A stretch of DNA of 40,770 nt from Candidatus Krumholzibacteriia bacterium. GTDB lineage: Bacteria > Krumholzibacteriota > Krumholzibacteriia > LZORAL124-64-63. Location: NCBI GenBank assembly GCA_046484865.1, contig JAWOID010000033.1, positions 1 through 40,770 of the forward strand, read 5' to 3'. The translations under genes were made by a program, and so were the position numbers. A model generated the notes under the pieces. The model saw only the letters and a program-made list of their open reading frames with translations. It ran no database searches and was not told the DNA's origin. Positions 1 through 14,415 of the stretch are shown one piece after another (position 1 is the first letter of the stretch; each line of letters begins with the position of its first letter).

Positions 1-1
1 C

Positions 2-358
2 GTCGGCCGCGAGCGCGCGCGGCGTGCGCAGCGCGTCGGAGAAGGGGGCGTCGGTCGGTCCGACCACGGGCCAGCCGCCCTTGGCCTCGGGCACGCCACC
101 CCTGGCGGACGCCCAGGGGCGGTAGGTGGCCGCCTTGCGCCCGGCGTGGGCGAGCTGCACCCCCGCGGCGGCGCCGTGCTCGTGGATCGCGGCGGTGGCG
201 CGGCGCAAGCCGTCGACGTGGCGGTCGTCCCAGAGGCCGAGGTCCTGCGGCGAGATGCGCCCGCGCGCCTCGACGGCGGTCGCCTCCGTGAGCACGAGCC
301 CCACGCCGCCGGCCGCGCGCGAAGCGAGGTGCACGAGGTGTGCGTCCAGCGCGAGGCC
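2..358 (-). pseudogene. Internal fragment of NADH:flavin oxidoreductase (Old Yellow Enzyme, YqjM/NamA-like); lacks N-terminus, runs off window edge
   Basis: Manual minus-strand translation: [76 protein letters not shown]..., with YqjM-type motifs TEATAV..GRIS and QLAHAGRKA. The expected upstream PMCxYSA motif is absent; similarity stops near 360. Confidence 0.85.
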
Positions 359-565
359 CGCTAGCGGCGCCTCGCCGCGATGACGCGGGCCCGGCTCCGG
401 CTCGACATCGTGTGCTCGGCGGTGGCGCCGAGCCAGTTCCTGGCCGAAGCCGGGCTGCGGGTTCCGCGATTGCGCGAACGCGGTCGTGGGTGCGGACGTG
501 GCCGCGGCCGCGGGTGCGGCAGCGATCGCGTCCGTGATCGCCGTCGCCTTTGAAGTCCGGAACGC

Positions 566-1450
566 TCACCCGGCCGTCGTGCTCCCGCCCAGCAGTGTCA
601 GCACCTCGCCTGTGATATAGCTCGAGTCGGCCGGCGACGCGAAGAAGACGAACGCCGGCGCGATCTCCTCCGGTTGAGCGGGCCGGCCCACCGGCGCGCC
701 CTCGCCGAAGTGGGCTACCTCCTCGGCGCTGCGTTCGGCGGGGTTCAGCGGCGTCCACACCGGGCCCGGGGCCACGCAGTTCACCCGGATGCCGCGCTCC
801 ACCAGCGCCTGCGCCAGGGACTTGGTGAAGGCGTGGATGGCCCCCTTGGTGGTGGCGTAGTCGATCAGACCCTTGTTCCCGATCAAACCGGTGATGGACC
901 CGGAGTTGATGATGCAGCCGCGATCCGGCAGGTGCTTCAGCGCCGCCTTCGCCATGTGGAAGTAGCCGTAGATGTTCGTCTGGAAGGTGTGGTCCCACTG
1001 CTCGAGCGTGAGATCCTCAAAGCTCGGCAGGTGATTCTGGAAGGCGGCGTTGTTCACCAGGATGTCGAGCTTGCCGAACCTCTCGACGGTCTGGTCCACG
1101 GCTCGCTGGCAGAACGCCGGGTCGCGCACGTCGCCGGGGAAGAGCGCGCAGGTGCGACCCTCCTCCTGGACGGCGCGAGCGGTCTCCTCGGCGTCGCTCT
1201 GCTCCTCGTCCAGGTAGATGATGGCGACGTCCGCGCCTTCGCGAGCGAAGAGCACGGCCACGGCGCGTCCGATGCCCGAATCGCCTCCGGTGATCAGCGC
1301 CGTCTGATCGCGCAGCTTGTCTGCGCCGCGATAGGTCGGCGCGGCGTAGCGCGGGCGGGGGTCGAGCTTCGACTCGAGGCCGGGCGGCTCCAGTTCCTGC
1401 TCGGGAAAGGGCGGCTTCGGCTCGCGATCGGGACGAGGATGCTTGCTCAT
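566..1450 (-). CDS. SDR oxidoreductase, YdaD/YhdF/YghA (general stress protein 39-like) subfamily, 294 aa
   Basis: ATG at 1450 with AAGGAG RBS; Pro-rich N-terminal extension, ITGGDSGIG, NNAAFQ, YATTKGAI, RVNCVAPGPVWTPL. Confidence 0.92.
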   Translation of the reverse strand: MSKHPRPDREPKPPFPEQELEPPGLESKLDPRPRYAAPTYRGADKLRDQTALITGGDSGIGRAVAVLFAREGADVAIIYLDEEQSDAEETARAVQEEGRTCALFPGDVRDPAFCQRAVDQTVERFGKLDILVNNAAFQNHLPSFEDLTLEQWDHTFQTNIYGYFHMAKAALKHLPDRGCIINSGSITGLIGNKGLIDYATTKGAIHAFTKSLAQALVERGIRVNCVAPGPVWTPLNPAERSAEEVAHFGEGAPVGRPAQPEEIAPAFVFFASPADSSYITGEVLTLLGGSTTAG

Positions 1451-1728
1451 GGGCGATCTCCTTGCCGGGGTGGGGGTTGGCCGCGGTTCGCCGTCACGTA
1501 AGAACGGCTGGGCAGACAGGACCATGGGGCGACGCCGGATGGCGGCCGGGCCGGCTGGCGAACCGGAACTTCCCGACTCTGCGACCTCGCGAGACCCGAA
1601 GATCCCGCCGCGTCCCGGTCGGACCGGTCGATTGCGGCCGTCATCGCCTTCGGTTAGCGTCAGAACATATCGGCCGCGGACCGCAGGCACGTCGCGGCCG
1701 CTTTCGTCGCCATCCGTTCGGGAGGATC

Positions 1729-2990
1729 ATGGACGTTCTCTACGTCTCCCGTGAGTACCCGCCCCACGTCTACGGGGGAGCGGGCGTCCACATGGAGCAC
1801 CTGGCCCGGGAGATGGCCGCACTGGCGCAGGTCAGGGTCCTTCACTTCGAGGGCGACGGGCGGACCGCCCCGGCGATCGTCGCCGCCGGCGCGCCGGAAT
1901 CGCGGCTGCCGAACCCGCGAGACGAGGCCCTGCCCTTCGGTGACGATCTCTTCGCCGCCGCCCCACCCGAGGTGCGCACCGCCCTGCAGACCCTGCAGAC
2001 CGATCTCGTGGCCGCCGCGCGACCGCCCGACGCCGACATCGTGCACGTGCACACCTGGTACGCTCACCTGGCCGGCGTGCTCGTGAAGCTGGCCTACGGC
2101 GTGCCCCTGGTGGTCACGGTGCACTCGCTGGAGCCGCGCCGGCCCTGGAAGCGCGAGCAGCTCGGCCGGGGCTACGACATCTCGACCTGGGTGGAGCGCA
2201 CGGCGCTCACGATGGCCGACCGGGTGATCTGCGTCTCGGATCACGACCGCGACGACGTCCTGAGCCTCTTCGATCTCGATCCCGAGCGCGTGATCACCAT
2301 CCCGAACGGCATCGATGCCGACTTCTACCATCCGGCGAGCGCCGATGCGGCGGTGCGAGGCCACGGCATCGACCCCGAGCGACCCTACGTGTTCTGTCTC
2401 GGCCGGATCACGCGCCAGAAGGGGATCGTCCATTTCCTCGCCGCCGCGCGCCATCTCGATCCGGACCTGCAGGTCGTCCTCTGCGCCTCCGGACCGGATA
2501 CGCCCGAGATCGCGCGCGAGGTGGAGGAGAAGGTGGCCGCCCTGCAGGGCGAGCGCGCAGGGGTGGTCTGGATCCCCGAGATGGTCGCGCGCGAGACTGC
2601 GCGCGAGCTGTACGCACACGCCACCGTGTTCTGCTGCCCGAGCATCTACGAGCCGTTCGGCATCATCAACCTGGAGGCCATGGCCTGCCGCACGCCGGTC
2701 GTGGCCAGCGCGGTGGGCGGCATCCCCGAGATCGTGGTCCACGGCGAGACGGGACTGCTGGTCCCGATCACGCCCCGTTCCCCCACCGACGCCGAGCCTG
2801 CCGATCCCGGACGCTTCGCGCATGACCTGGCCGCCGCCATCGGCGAGGTGGTCGCCGACCCGGCGCGCCGCGCGGCGATGGGCGAGGCCGGCCGGCGGCG
2901 CGTGCTCGAGCGATTCTCCTGGAGCGCGGTGGCGCGACGGGTGCACGCCGTCTACCGGCAGCTCCTCGACTCTCAGGAGGTCATCGCCTC

Positions 2991-2994
<4 letters not shown>
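1729..2994 (+). CDS. glgM: GT4 glycosyltransferase, actinobacterial-type GlgA/GlgM (alpha-maltose-1-phosphate synthase), 421 aa
   Basis: GGAGG-ATG at 1729; REYPPHVYGGAGVH, HTWY, HSLEPRRPWKREQLGRGY, GRITRQKG, YEPFGIINLEAMAC; ATGA overlap with glgE. Confidence 0.88.
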
Positions 2995-5027
<2,033 letters not shown>

Positions 5028-5045
5028 TGAAAGCGGGACGAGCCC

Positions 5046-8384
<3,339 letters not shown>

Positions 8385-8395
8385 CGGTGGAATCG

Positions 8396-8425
8396 TTGCC
8401 GGTACCTTCGTCTCCCTCGTATACT
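8396..8425 (+). promoter_or_regulatory. Candidate sigma70-type promoter for the FHA-PP2C gene
   Basis: TTGCCG-N18-TATACT in the intergenic region, ~90 nt before ATG 8515. Confidence 0.45.
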
Positions 8426-8514
8426 GTCGGGCCCGCGGCTGCCCACTGGGGCGGCGGTCGCAGAACCTGCAGGACCCGCACCGGCCGGCGCGCCGGCGCG
8501 AGAAACAGGGGATC

Positions 8515-10167
8515 ATGACGTCGTCTCGCTGGATGCTGGTCAAACACGCGCAAGGGCGCGAGACGCGGTACGAACTCGATGAGCCCGTGACGGTGATCGG
8601 CCGCGCGACCGATTGCAAGGTGGTGGTCGCCGAGGGGGCGGTGTCGCGGCGGCACGCCGAGATCCGCCGCGAGACGGGACGTTACCTGCTGCGCGACCTC
8701 GACAGCCGCAACGGTACCCTGCTCAACGGCTCGCCGGTGACCGTGATCACCGAGCTGCATCCAGGCGACCGCATCGCGGTCGCCGCCGTCGAGTTCAGTG
8801 TGATCGACGGCAGCGCACCGGTGGGAACGCCCGACACCGCCCGGCTGAACGTCTCCGATACGGTGTTGTCCACGGGGGTGGAGGTGCCGTGGGACGAGAT
8901 CCAGGAGCTGCGCGTGGGCCGCTTCGACCGGCGCGACCGGCTCTTCCAGGTCCTGGTGGAAGCGGGCGACATGCTCACGGCCGCCTCGCATCCGGCGGAA
9001 CTCTACGGGCCCGTGCTCGACCTCATCGACACCGCCTTCACGCCGAAACGGACGGCGCTGCTGCTGCTCGACGAGAGCGGGGTGCCGCGGGTGACCTCGT
9101 GCCGCGAGAGCGGCCACGGCACTCGCGGCGAGAACCTGGTGCTCAGCCGCACCGTCATTCGCCGGGTCCTGGAAGAGCGCGTGTCGCTGCTCATCGAGGA
9201 CTTCGGCCTCGACGACTCGCCCCAGCTCATGCAGAGCATCGTGGCCCAGGGGATCCGCGCCGGCATGGCCGTGCCGCTGGTGGACGACGACCGCGTGGTG
9301 GGCATTCTGTACGCGGACACCACGGCCGCCAGCGTCCGCTACGAGCGGGACGACCTCAAGGCGTTCACCCTGCTCGCAGGCGTGGTGGGCAACGCGTTCG
9401 CCCACGCCCGCTATCACGCCCTGGAGACGGACCGTCGCCGTCTCGAGGCCGAACTGGAGGCGGCCCGCGGCATCCTGGCGGAGATCTTGCCGGCCCGCCT
9501 GCCCGAGGTGGCGGGGCTGGAGCTTTGGGCCCACCTCGAGTCGTGTCAGGAGGTGGGCGGCGACCTGTACGACCTGCAGGTGCTGTCCGACGGGCGTCTG
9601 CTGGTGGTGGGCGGCGACGTGGTCGGCAAGGGTCTGGGCGCCGCGCTGCTCGTATCGTCGATCGTGCCGGTGCTGCGGCTTTTGGTGGAGACCGATCGCG
9701 ATCCGGCCGTTCTGGTGGAGAGGCTCAACCGGCACGTGTGGCGCACCACCGACACCTCCCGCTTCGCCACCCTCTTCGTGGGTCTGCTCGAGCCGCGCAC
9801 CGGCCGTCTCGACTACGTGAACGCCGGTCACAACCCCCTCTACCGGGTCTCGCCGGCGGGCGAGCTGTCCACCCTGGGGTCCACCGGCCCGCCCGTCGGC
9901 ATGCTCGAGGGGATCGACTTCGCGGCGGCCCGCGTGGACCTGGCTCCGGGCGAGTTGCTGGTGCTGTACAGTGACGGGATCAGCGAGGCCGAGTCTCCCA
10001 CCGCCGACGTCTTCTACGGCGAAGGTCGGTTCGAGCAGCGACTGCGCGAGCTGGCCGGGCAGCCGCCCCGGCAGGTGGCCGACGGATTGCTCGAGGATCT
10101 CCACGTCTTCCTGGCGGGTCGACGCCCGGACGACGATCTCACCCTCGTCCTGGTCCGCCGCTGCTGA
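8515..10167 (+). CDS. FHA-GAF-PP2C (SpoIIE/RsbU-type) Ser/Thr phosphatase
   Basis: FHA: IGRATDC, VSRRHA, DSRNGT; GAF: MAVPL...VVGILYAD; PP2C: VGGDLYD, GDVVGKG, YVNAGHNP, YSDGISEA, DDDLT. Confidence 0.92.
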   Translation: MTSSRWMLVKHAQGRETRYELDEPVTVIGRATDCKVVVAEGAVSRRHAEIRRETGRYLLRDLDSRNGTLLNGSPVTVITELHPGDRIAVAAVEFSVIDGSAPVGTPDTARLNVSDTVLSTGVEVPWDEIQELRVGRFDRRDRLFQVLVEAGDMLTAASHPAELYGPVLDLIDTAFTPKRTALLLLDESGVPRVTSCRESGHGTRGENLVLSRTVIRRVLEERVSLLIEDFGLDDSPQLMQSIVAQGIRAGMAVPLVDDDRVVGILYADTTAASVRYERDDLKAFTLLAGVVGNAFAHARYHALETDRRRLEAELEAARGILAEILPARLPEVAGLELWAHLESCQEVGGDLYDLQVLSDGRLLVVGGDVVGKGLGAALLVSSIVPVLRLLVETDRDPAVLVERLNRHVWRTTDTSRFATLFVGLLEPRTGRLDYVNAGHNPLYRVSPAGELSTLGSTGPPVGMLEGIDFAAARVDLAPGELLVLYSDGISEAESPTADVFYGEGRFEQRLRELAGQPPRQVADGLLEDLHVFLAGRRPDDDLTLVLVRRC

Positions 10168-10188
10168 TCGCCGTCCCGGGCCGGGGCG

Positions 10189-11760
10189 TCAGAGCACGGA
10201 CCGCCTCACCAGACGCCGGATCAGTTCGGGGAGCCGATCCATCGGGCCGTCCTTGGCGAGGTAGGCCTGAGCGCCCGCAGCGAGCATGCGCTCGGCCATG
10301 TCGGTCTGGCGGTGCATGGAGAGAGCGACGATGCGCGGGGGATCCGCCTGACGGCTGATCTCGCGGGTGGCGGCGATCCCGTCCATCTCGGGCATGCTGA
10401 TGTCCATGACGATGACGTCCGGCGCCAGGCTGGCGGAGAGCGCCACCGCCGCCAGCCCGTCGTCGGCCTCCCCCACCACCTCGATGTCGGGCTCCATCTC
10501 GAGCAGGGCTTTCAACCCCTCGCGCACCACGGCGTGATCGTCGGCCAGCAGCACGCGGATGTCATCGCGGCGGCGGCCACGTGCCACCGCGGATCGACGG
10601 CGCGGCGCAGCCGGCGCCGCTGCGTCGTCGGCCTGCTCGAGCGCCGGCTCCAGCGCCAGTCGCACCTCTGCCCGCGTTCCGCCACCGGGGTGCGACACGA
10701 CGGCGACGCTGCCGCCGGCGTACTCGAGCCGCTCGCGCAGGCGCAGCAGGCCCATGCCGGGAGCGTTCCGCGCGCTGCCGTTCGGCGGCGGGATACCCCG
10801 ACCTTCGTCGACCACGGCCAGGGACAGGACTTCGCCGTCGCGGCGGAGCTGCAGGCGGGCGTTCTTGACTCCGGCGTGCTTGGAGACGTTGAAGAGCAGC
10901 TCGCGGGCGGTCTCGAAGAGCAATAGCTTCACGCTCTCGACCAGCGGCGGGAGATCGTCCTCCAGCTGCATCTCCACCTCCAGATGCTGGTCGCGGGCCA
11001 TGCGCCGGCCGAGCCAGAGCAGCGCCTCCGGCAGCGGGGAGTCGTGCAGGACGGGCGGGCTGAGCTCGACGGCCAGCGAGCGGGAGATCTCCACCGCATC
11101 CGTCAGCAGCCTCTCCACCCGGGCCACCAGCACGGCGGCCTCCTTGGCACCGCGGCCGGGGATCAGACCGATCTGGTACTTCGCGCCGACGAGCACCTGT
11201 TGCAGGTGGTCGTGGAGCACCTGGGACAGGCGCTGCCGCTCACGGTGCTCCGCCTCGGTCAGCTCCAGCGCCAGGTCGCGCAGCTGATCGGCCCGCTCGC
11301 CCAGGCGCTGGTTGAGAACGGTGAGTTCGCGCAGCAGGTCGCGCACCTCGTACTGGCGTCGGCGCGCCTCCACCGCGGCACGCACGAGGGCCAGGAACGT
11401 GGGAGTGGCCACCGGCCGGCGCACCACGGTCACGCTCCGGCGGCGGGTGAGCCCGCGGAAGCGGGCGGCGTCGCTGCTGCGTCCCATGAAGATGATGAGC
11501 GGCAGCTCGGACCAGCGGGGCTGCGCCTCCATGCGCACCAGCATGCGTTCCGGATATCCGGGCGGCAACGCCTCCTCGGCCACCACCACCGGGCCGCAGT
11601 CACCGGTGATCAGTTCCAGCAGTTCCGCCACGGTCGCGCAGCGGCGGCAGGCGAGCCCGTCGCGCTCGAGAATGGAGCACACCAGCTCCGCATCGCGCCC
11701 CAGGGGCGTGAGGACCGGGATCTCCAGGTCGTTCCATCCCGCGCGGAGCGGATCATGCAT
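10189..11760 (-). CDS. Hybrid histidine kinase: pseudo-receiver + HisKA_3 (NarX-like) + HATPase + C-terminal NarL-type receiver
   Basis: ATG overlaps the kaiC stop (ATGCATGA); N-terminal TPLGRDAEL/VVVAEEAL receiver-like region; ERQRLSQVLHDHLQQ, NVSKHAG, DEGRG, GMGL; ADDHAVVREG...MDISMPEMDG...YLAK. Confidence 0.9.
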   Translation of the reverse strand: MHDPLRAGWNDLEIPVLTPLGRDAELVCSILERDGLACRRCATVAELLELITGDCGPVVVAEEALPPGYPERMLVRMEAQPRWSELPLIIFMGRSSDAARFRGLTRRRSVTVVRRPVATPTFLALVRAAVEARRRQYEVRDLLRELTVLNQRLGERADQLRDLALELTEAEHRERQRLSQVLHDHLQQVLVGAKYQIGLIPGRGAKEAAVLVARVERLLTDAVEISRSLAVELSPPVLHDSPLPEALLWLGRRMARDQHLEVEMQLEDDLPPLVESVKLLLFETARELLFNVSKHAGVKNARLQLRRDGEVLSLAVVDEGRGIPPPNGSARNAPGMGLLRLRERLEYAGGSVAVVSHPGGGTRAEVRLALEPALEQADDAAAPAAPRRRSAVARGRRRDDIRVLLADDHAVVREGLKALLEMEPDIEVVGEADDGLAAVALSASLAPDVIVMDISMPEMDGIAATREISRQADPPRIVALSMHRQTDMAERMLAAGAQAYLAKDGPMDRLPELIRRLVRRSVL

Positions 11761-13270
11761 CGTCGGCACACGCTTCGTGGTTGTCCATCAGGTCGGCCGG
11801 CGGTCCTTCGTATCGCGGCGTGCCGCCGAGCACGCCCGAGAAGTTGACCAGCGGCGCGCCGACCCGGATGCCGCCCGCACCCAGCCGGAACTCCCGGATG
11901 CTCTCCTCGTGCCTGCCGGTCCGCTTCTTCATCACGGCGATGCAGCGATGGATCCGGCCGCGCGACTCGAACAGGCGCACCATGACCACCGTGTCGGCCA
12001 GGTAGCTGGGGTCCACCAGCATCTCGAGGTAGGGGGCGTTGAGGCTGTGGCTGGACATTACCAGGAACGACAGCGCCCCGGCCTGGCCCGTGTATCCGAG
12101 CAGTTCGTGGAGCTGCGTGGTCAGGTGCTCCTCGTGCGGCATGGAGGCGAAGTAGCCGGTGAGACTGTCGATCACCACCACCCGCACTCCATCCTCGTCG
12201 ACGGCCCGCCGTATACTCTGCAGGAACTCGCCCGAGGTCAGCTCGCCCAGGTCCACCTGCCGCAGGTCCACCTTGCCTTGCGCCACCAGCCGCGAGATGT
12301 CCATCCCCAGCCCGTCGGAGCGGCGCAGGAACATCTCCCTCCGCTCATCGAAGCAGAAGACGACGGCACGTTCGCCGCGGGCGGCCACGGCCTGGACGTA
12401 CAGCGACGCGAAGGTGCTCTTGCCGGCACCCGTGCTGCCGGCCACCAGGCAGGAGGTGCCCTCCTCCATCCCGCCGCCGAGCATGGCGTCGATCTCGGCC
12501 ACGCCGCAGGAGATGATCTCCGGCGGCTTCGACCGGGGCGCGTTGCGGGGGATCTCCAGGCGGGGAAACACCACGATGCCGCCGCCGACGATGCGGAAGT
12601 CGTGCCAGCCGCCGGCGTACACCATGCCGCGCATCTTGCTCACCCGGAGGCTGCGGTGGGGAGGTCCGAACTCCGGCGTCGTCTGGCGCAGGTGGATCAC
12701 GCCCGTGAGCATGGTCTTGGTGGACTCCAGGTCCTCCTCCCGACCCTCGCCCGCGATGAAGATCCCGGTGCAGCCGTAGCGGGCCAGGCTCCGCTTGATC
12801 CGCAGCAGCTGCCGGCGCAGGGGATAGTTGCTGTCCACCAGCACGGCGAGCTCGCTGATGCTGTCCAGCACCATGCGCTGCGGTCGATGGCGTTCGATGG
12901 CCTTCACGATGGCCTCGGCAGCCTCGTTCAGTTCCACCTCGGCGGTGACGAAGAGCGTCTGATCGCTCGAATGGTCGTCGACCATGGCCGGCGGCATCTC
13001 CATGAGGTCGATGCCGTCGAGGTCCCAGCCGTGGCCGTGGACGGCGCTCTCGAGTTCCTCCCGTGTCTGCAGGAGTGTGGCATAGAGCACGCGCTCGCCG
13101 CGGTCGCGTCCATCCATCAGGAACTGGAGGCCCAGCGTGGTCTTGCCGGCGCCGGGGCCGCCGTGCACGAGGTGGGTCTGGCCCGACGGGATGCCGCCGC
13201 GCAGGATGTGATCGAGCCCCTTGATGCCGGTGGCGCAGCGCGGCAGGCTCGGCCGATCGTCGTTGTTCAT
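11753..13270 (-). CDS. Double-domain KaiC-like (RecA/RAD55 superfamily) ATPase, 505 aa
   Basis: GGAGG-ATG at 13270; TGIKGLDHILRGG..GGPGAGKT, LDSIS, KMRG; second domain GVAEIDAMLGGG..GSTGAGKS, IDSLTGY, PSYLADTV, KKRTG. Confidence 0.92.
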   Translation of the reverse strand: MNNDDRPSLPRCATGIKGLDHILRGGIPSGQTHLVHGGPGAGKTTLGLQFLMDGRDRGERVLYATLLQTREELESAVHGHGWDLDGIDLMEMPPAMVDDHSSDQTLFVTAEVELNEAAEAIVKAIERHRPQRMVLDSISELAVLVDSNYPLRRQLLRIKRSLARYGCTGIFIAGEGREEDLESTKTMLTGVIHLRQTTPEFGPPHRSLRVSKMRGMVYAGGWHDFRIVGGGIVVFPRLEIPRNAPRSKPPEIISCGVAEIDAMLGGGMEEGTSCLVAGSTGAGKSTFASLYVQAVAARGERAVVFCFDERREMFLRRSDGLGMDISRLVAQGKVDLRQVDLGELTSGEFLQSIRRAVDEDGVRVVVIDSLTGYFASMPHEEHLTTQLHELLGYTGQAGALSFLVMSSHSLNAPYLEMLVDPSYLADTVVMVRLFESRGRIHRCIAVMKKRTGRHEESIREFRLGAGGIRVGAPLVNFSGVLGGTPRYEGPPADLMDNHEACADDA

Positions 13271-13299
13271 GGTGTCGACCCCTCCGGCGTGCTGGAGAT

Positions 13300-14256
13300 T
13301 CAGATGCGGGCCGTCGCGAACGACACGAGATAGCGCGCGGCCACCCAGAGCAGGACGATCACCAGGAGGACCTTCAACCACCGACCGGGTACGTACCGTT
13401 GCAGCCGCGAACCGGCATACATGCCCACGAGGCCGCCCGCGCCGAAGAGAGCCCCCAGCGCCCAGTCCGGCGCCACGGCGAGACCGTCCGTCGTTCCGAA
13501 CTGCGCGGCGATCTGGTAGAAGGCCACGCCTGCCACCGAGGTCACGAAGGTCGCCATCAGGGTGGCTCCGGCGATGGTATGGACCGGCAAGCCGTAGACC
13601 GCCACCAGGAACGGACCGATCAGAGCTCCGCCACCGACACCATAGATCCCTCCGACGATTCCCACCACCAGACTGAGCGCGAAGATGACCGTGGGCGGGC
13701 AGTCGTACTCGTCGCCGCGGAACCGGTAAGCGAGCCGGCGGCGGCTCCTGACGGTCACCTGGATGTCCCAGTCCCGTCGGGAGCCGCCACCCCCCGCCGA
13801 ACTCGAGCGGGAGTGGAGCGGGATGGCGGCCGGGTCCACCGCGCGCGGCGCTCGCCGGCGCCAGCGCAGCACGTCGGCCAGCAAGCGGCCGCCGATGAAC
13901 AGCAAAACCAGACCCACGAACGCCTTGAAGGCCACCGGGTCGGGCAGCCAGTGCAGCCGCACCAGTCCGCCGACGGCCACGCCCGGCAACGAGCCGGCGG
14001 CGATGATCCAGGTCAGGGACCAGAGCATGCGGCCCTCGCGCACGTATCCCCACACGCCCGCGGGGATGCCCACCACGTTGAACAGCAGGTTGGTGGCGGT
14101 CACCGCGGGGCTGGTGAAGCCGAGCACGCTCATCTGGAACGGCAGCAGCAGGAAGGCTCCCGAGAGGCCGCCCATGGACGTGAAGAACGAGATGGTGAAG
14201 GCCACGGCGGGCGGCACCCACAGGGGTGTCTCCACGCCCGAGACGGGAAAGACCAC
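13300..14256 (-). CDS. TSUP (TauE/SafE sulfite exporter family) membrane protein
   Basis: GTG at 14256 after GAGGGAG; SMGGLSGAFLLLP and repeated GIYGVGGGALIGP motifs; about 8 hydrophobic segments. Confidence 0.88.
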   Translation of the reverse strand: MVFPVSGVETPLWVPPAVAFTISFFTSMGGLSGAFLLLPFQMSVLGFTSPAVTATNLLFNVVGIPAGVWGYVREGRMLWSLTWIIAAGSLPGVAVGGLVRLHWLPDPVAFKAFVGLVLLFIGGRLLADVLRWRRRAPRAVDPAAIPLHSRSSSAGGGGSRRDWDIQVTVRSRRRLAYRFRGDEYDCPPTVIFALSLVVGIVGGIYGVGGGALIGPFLVAVYGLPVHTIAGATLMATFVTSVAGVAFYQIAAQFGTTDGLAVAPDWALGALFGAGGLVGMYAGSRLQRYVPGRWLKVLLVIVLLWVAARYLVSFATARI

Positions 14257-14290
14257 GTTCTGCTCCCTCGACGAGGTGCCGGACGCCTTC

Positions 14291-14355
14291 AGGATGCCGC
14301 GCCACCGCATTCGCGGCAAGATCCTCTTTGTCGGCGGGCGCCGGCGATCTACCAT
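14291..14355. promoter_or_regulatory. Candidate divergent sigma70-type promoters
   Basis: Minus strand TTGCCG-N17-CATCCT (14319-14291) toward TSUP; plus strand TTGTCG-N16-TACCAT (14328-14355) toward the kinase. Confidence 0.3.
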
Positions 14356-14415
14356 TGTCCTCGAGGTGACGGGCGCCGGCGGCGCGCGGTCGCGCGCGGC
14401 GGCAGCCTGCGGCCC

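Noticed and set aside
380..553. 57-aa [14 protein letters not shown]...
   Set aside because: No RBS, low-complexity Arg/Gly tail, next to the junction; unsupported.
11753..13270. Circadian clock locus
   Set aside because: No kaiA or kaiB in the window, phosphosite is SY rather than ST, and the gene is coupled to a kinase; it fits non-clock KaiC-like proteins.
11753..14305. 850-aa ORF suggesting a long N-terminal extension on KaiC
   Set aside because: The extension is an off-frame read of the TSUP gene; the supported start is ATG 13270 with GGAGG.
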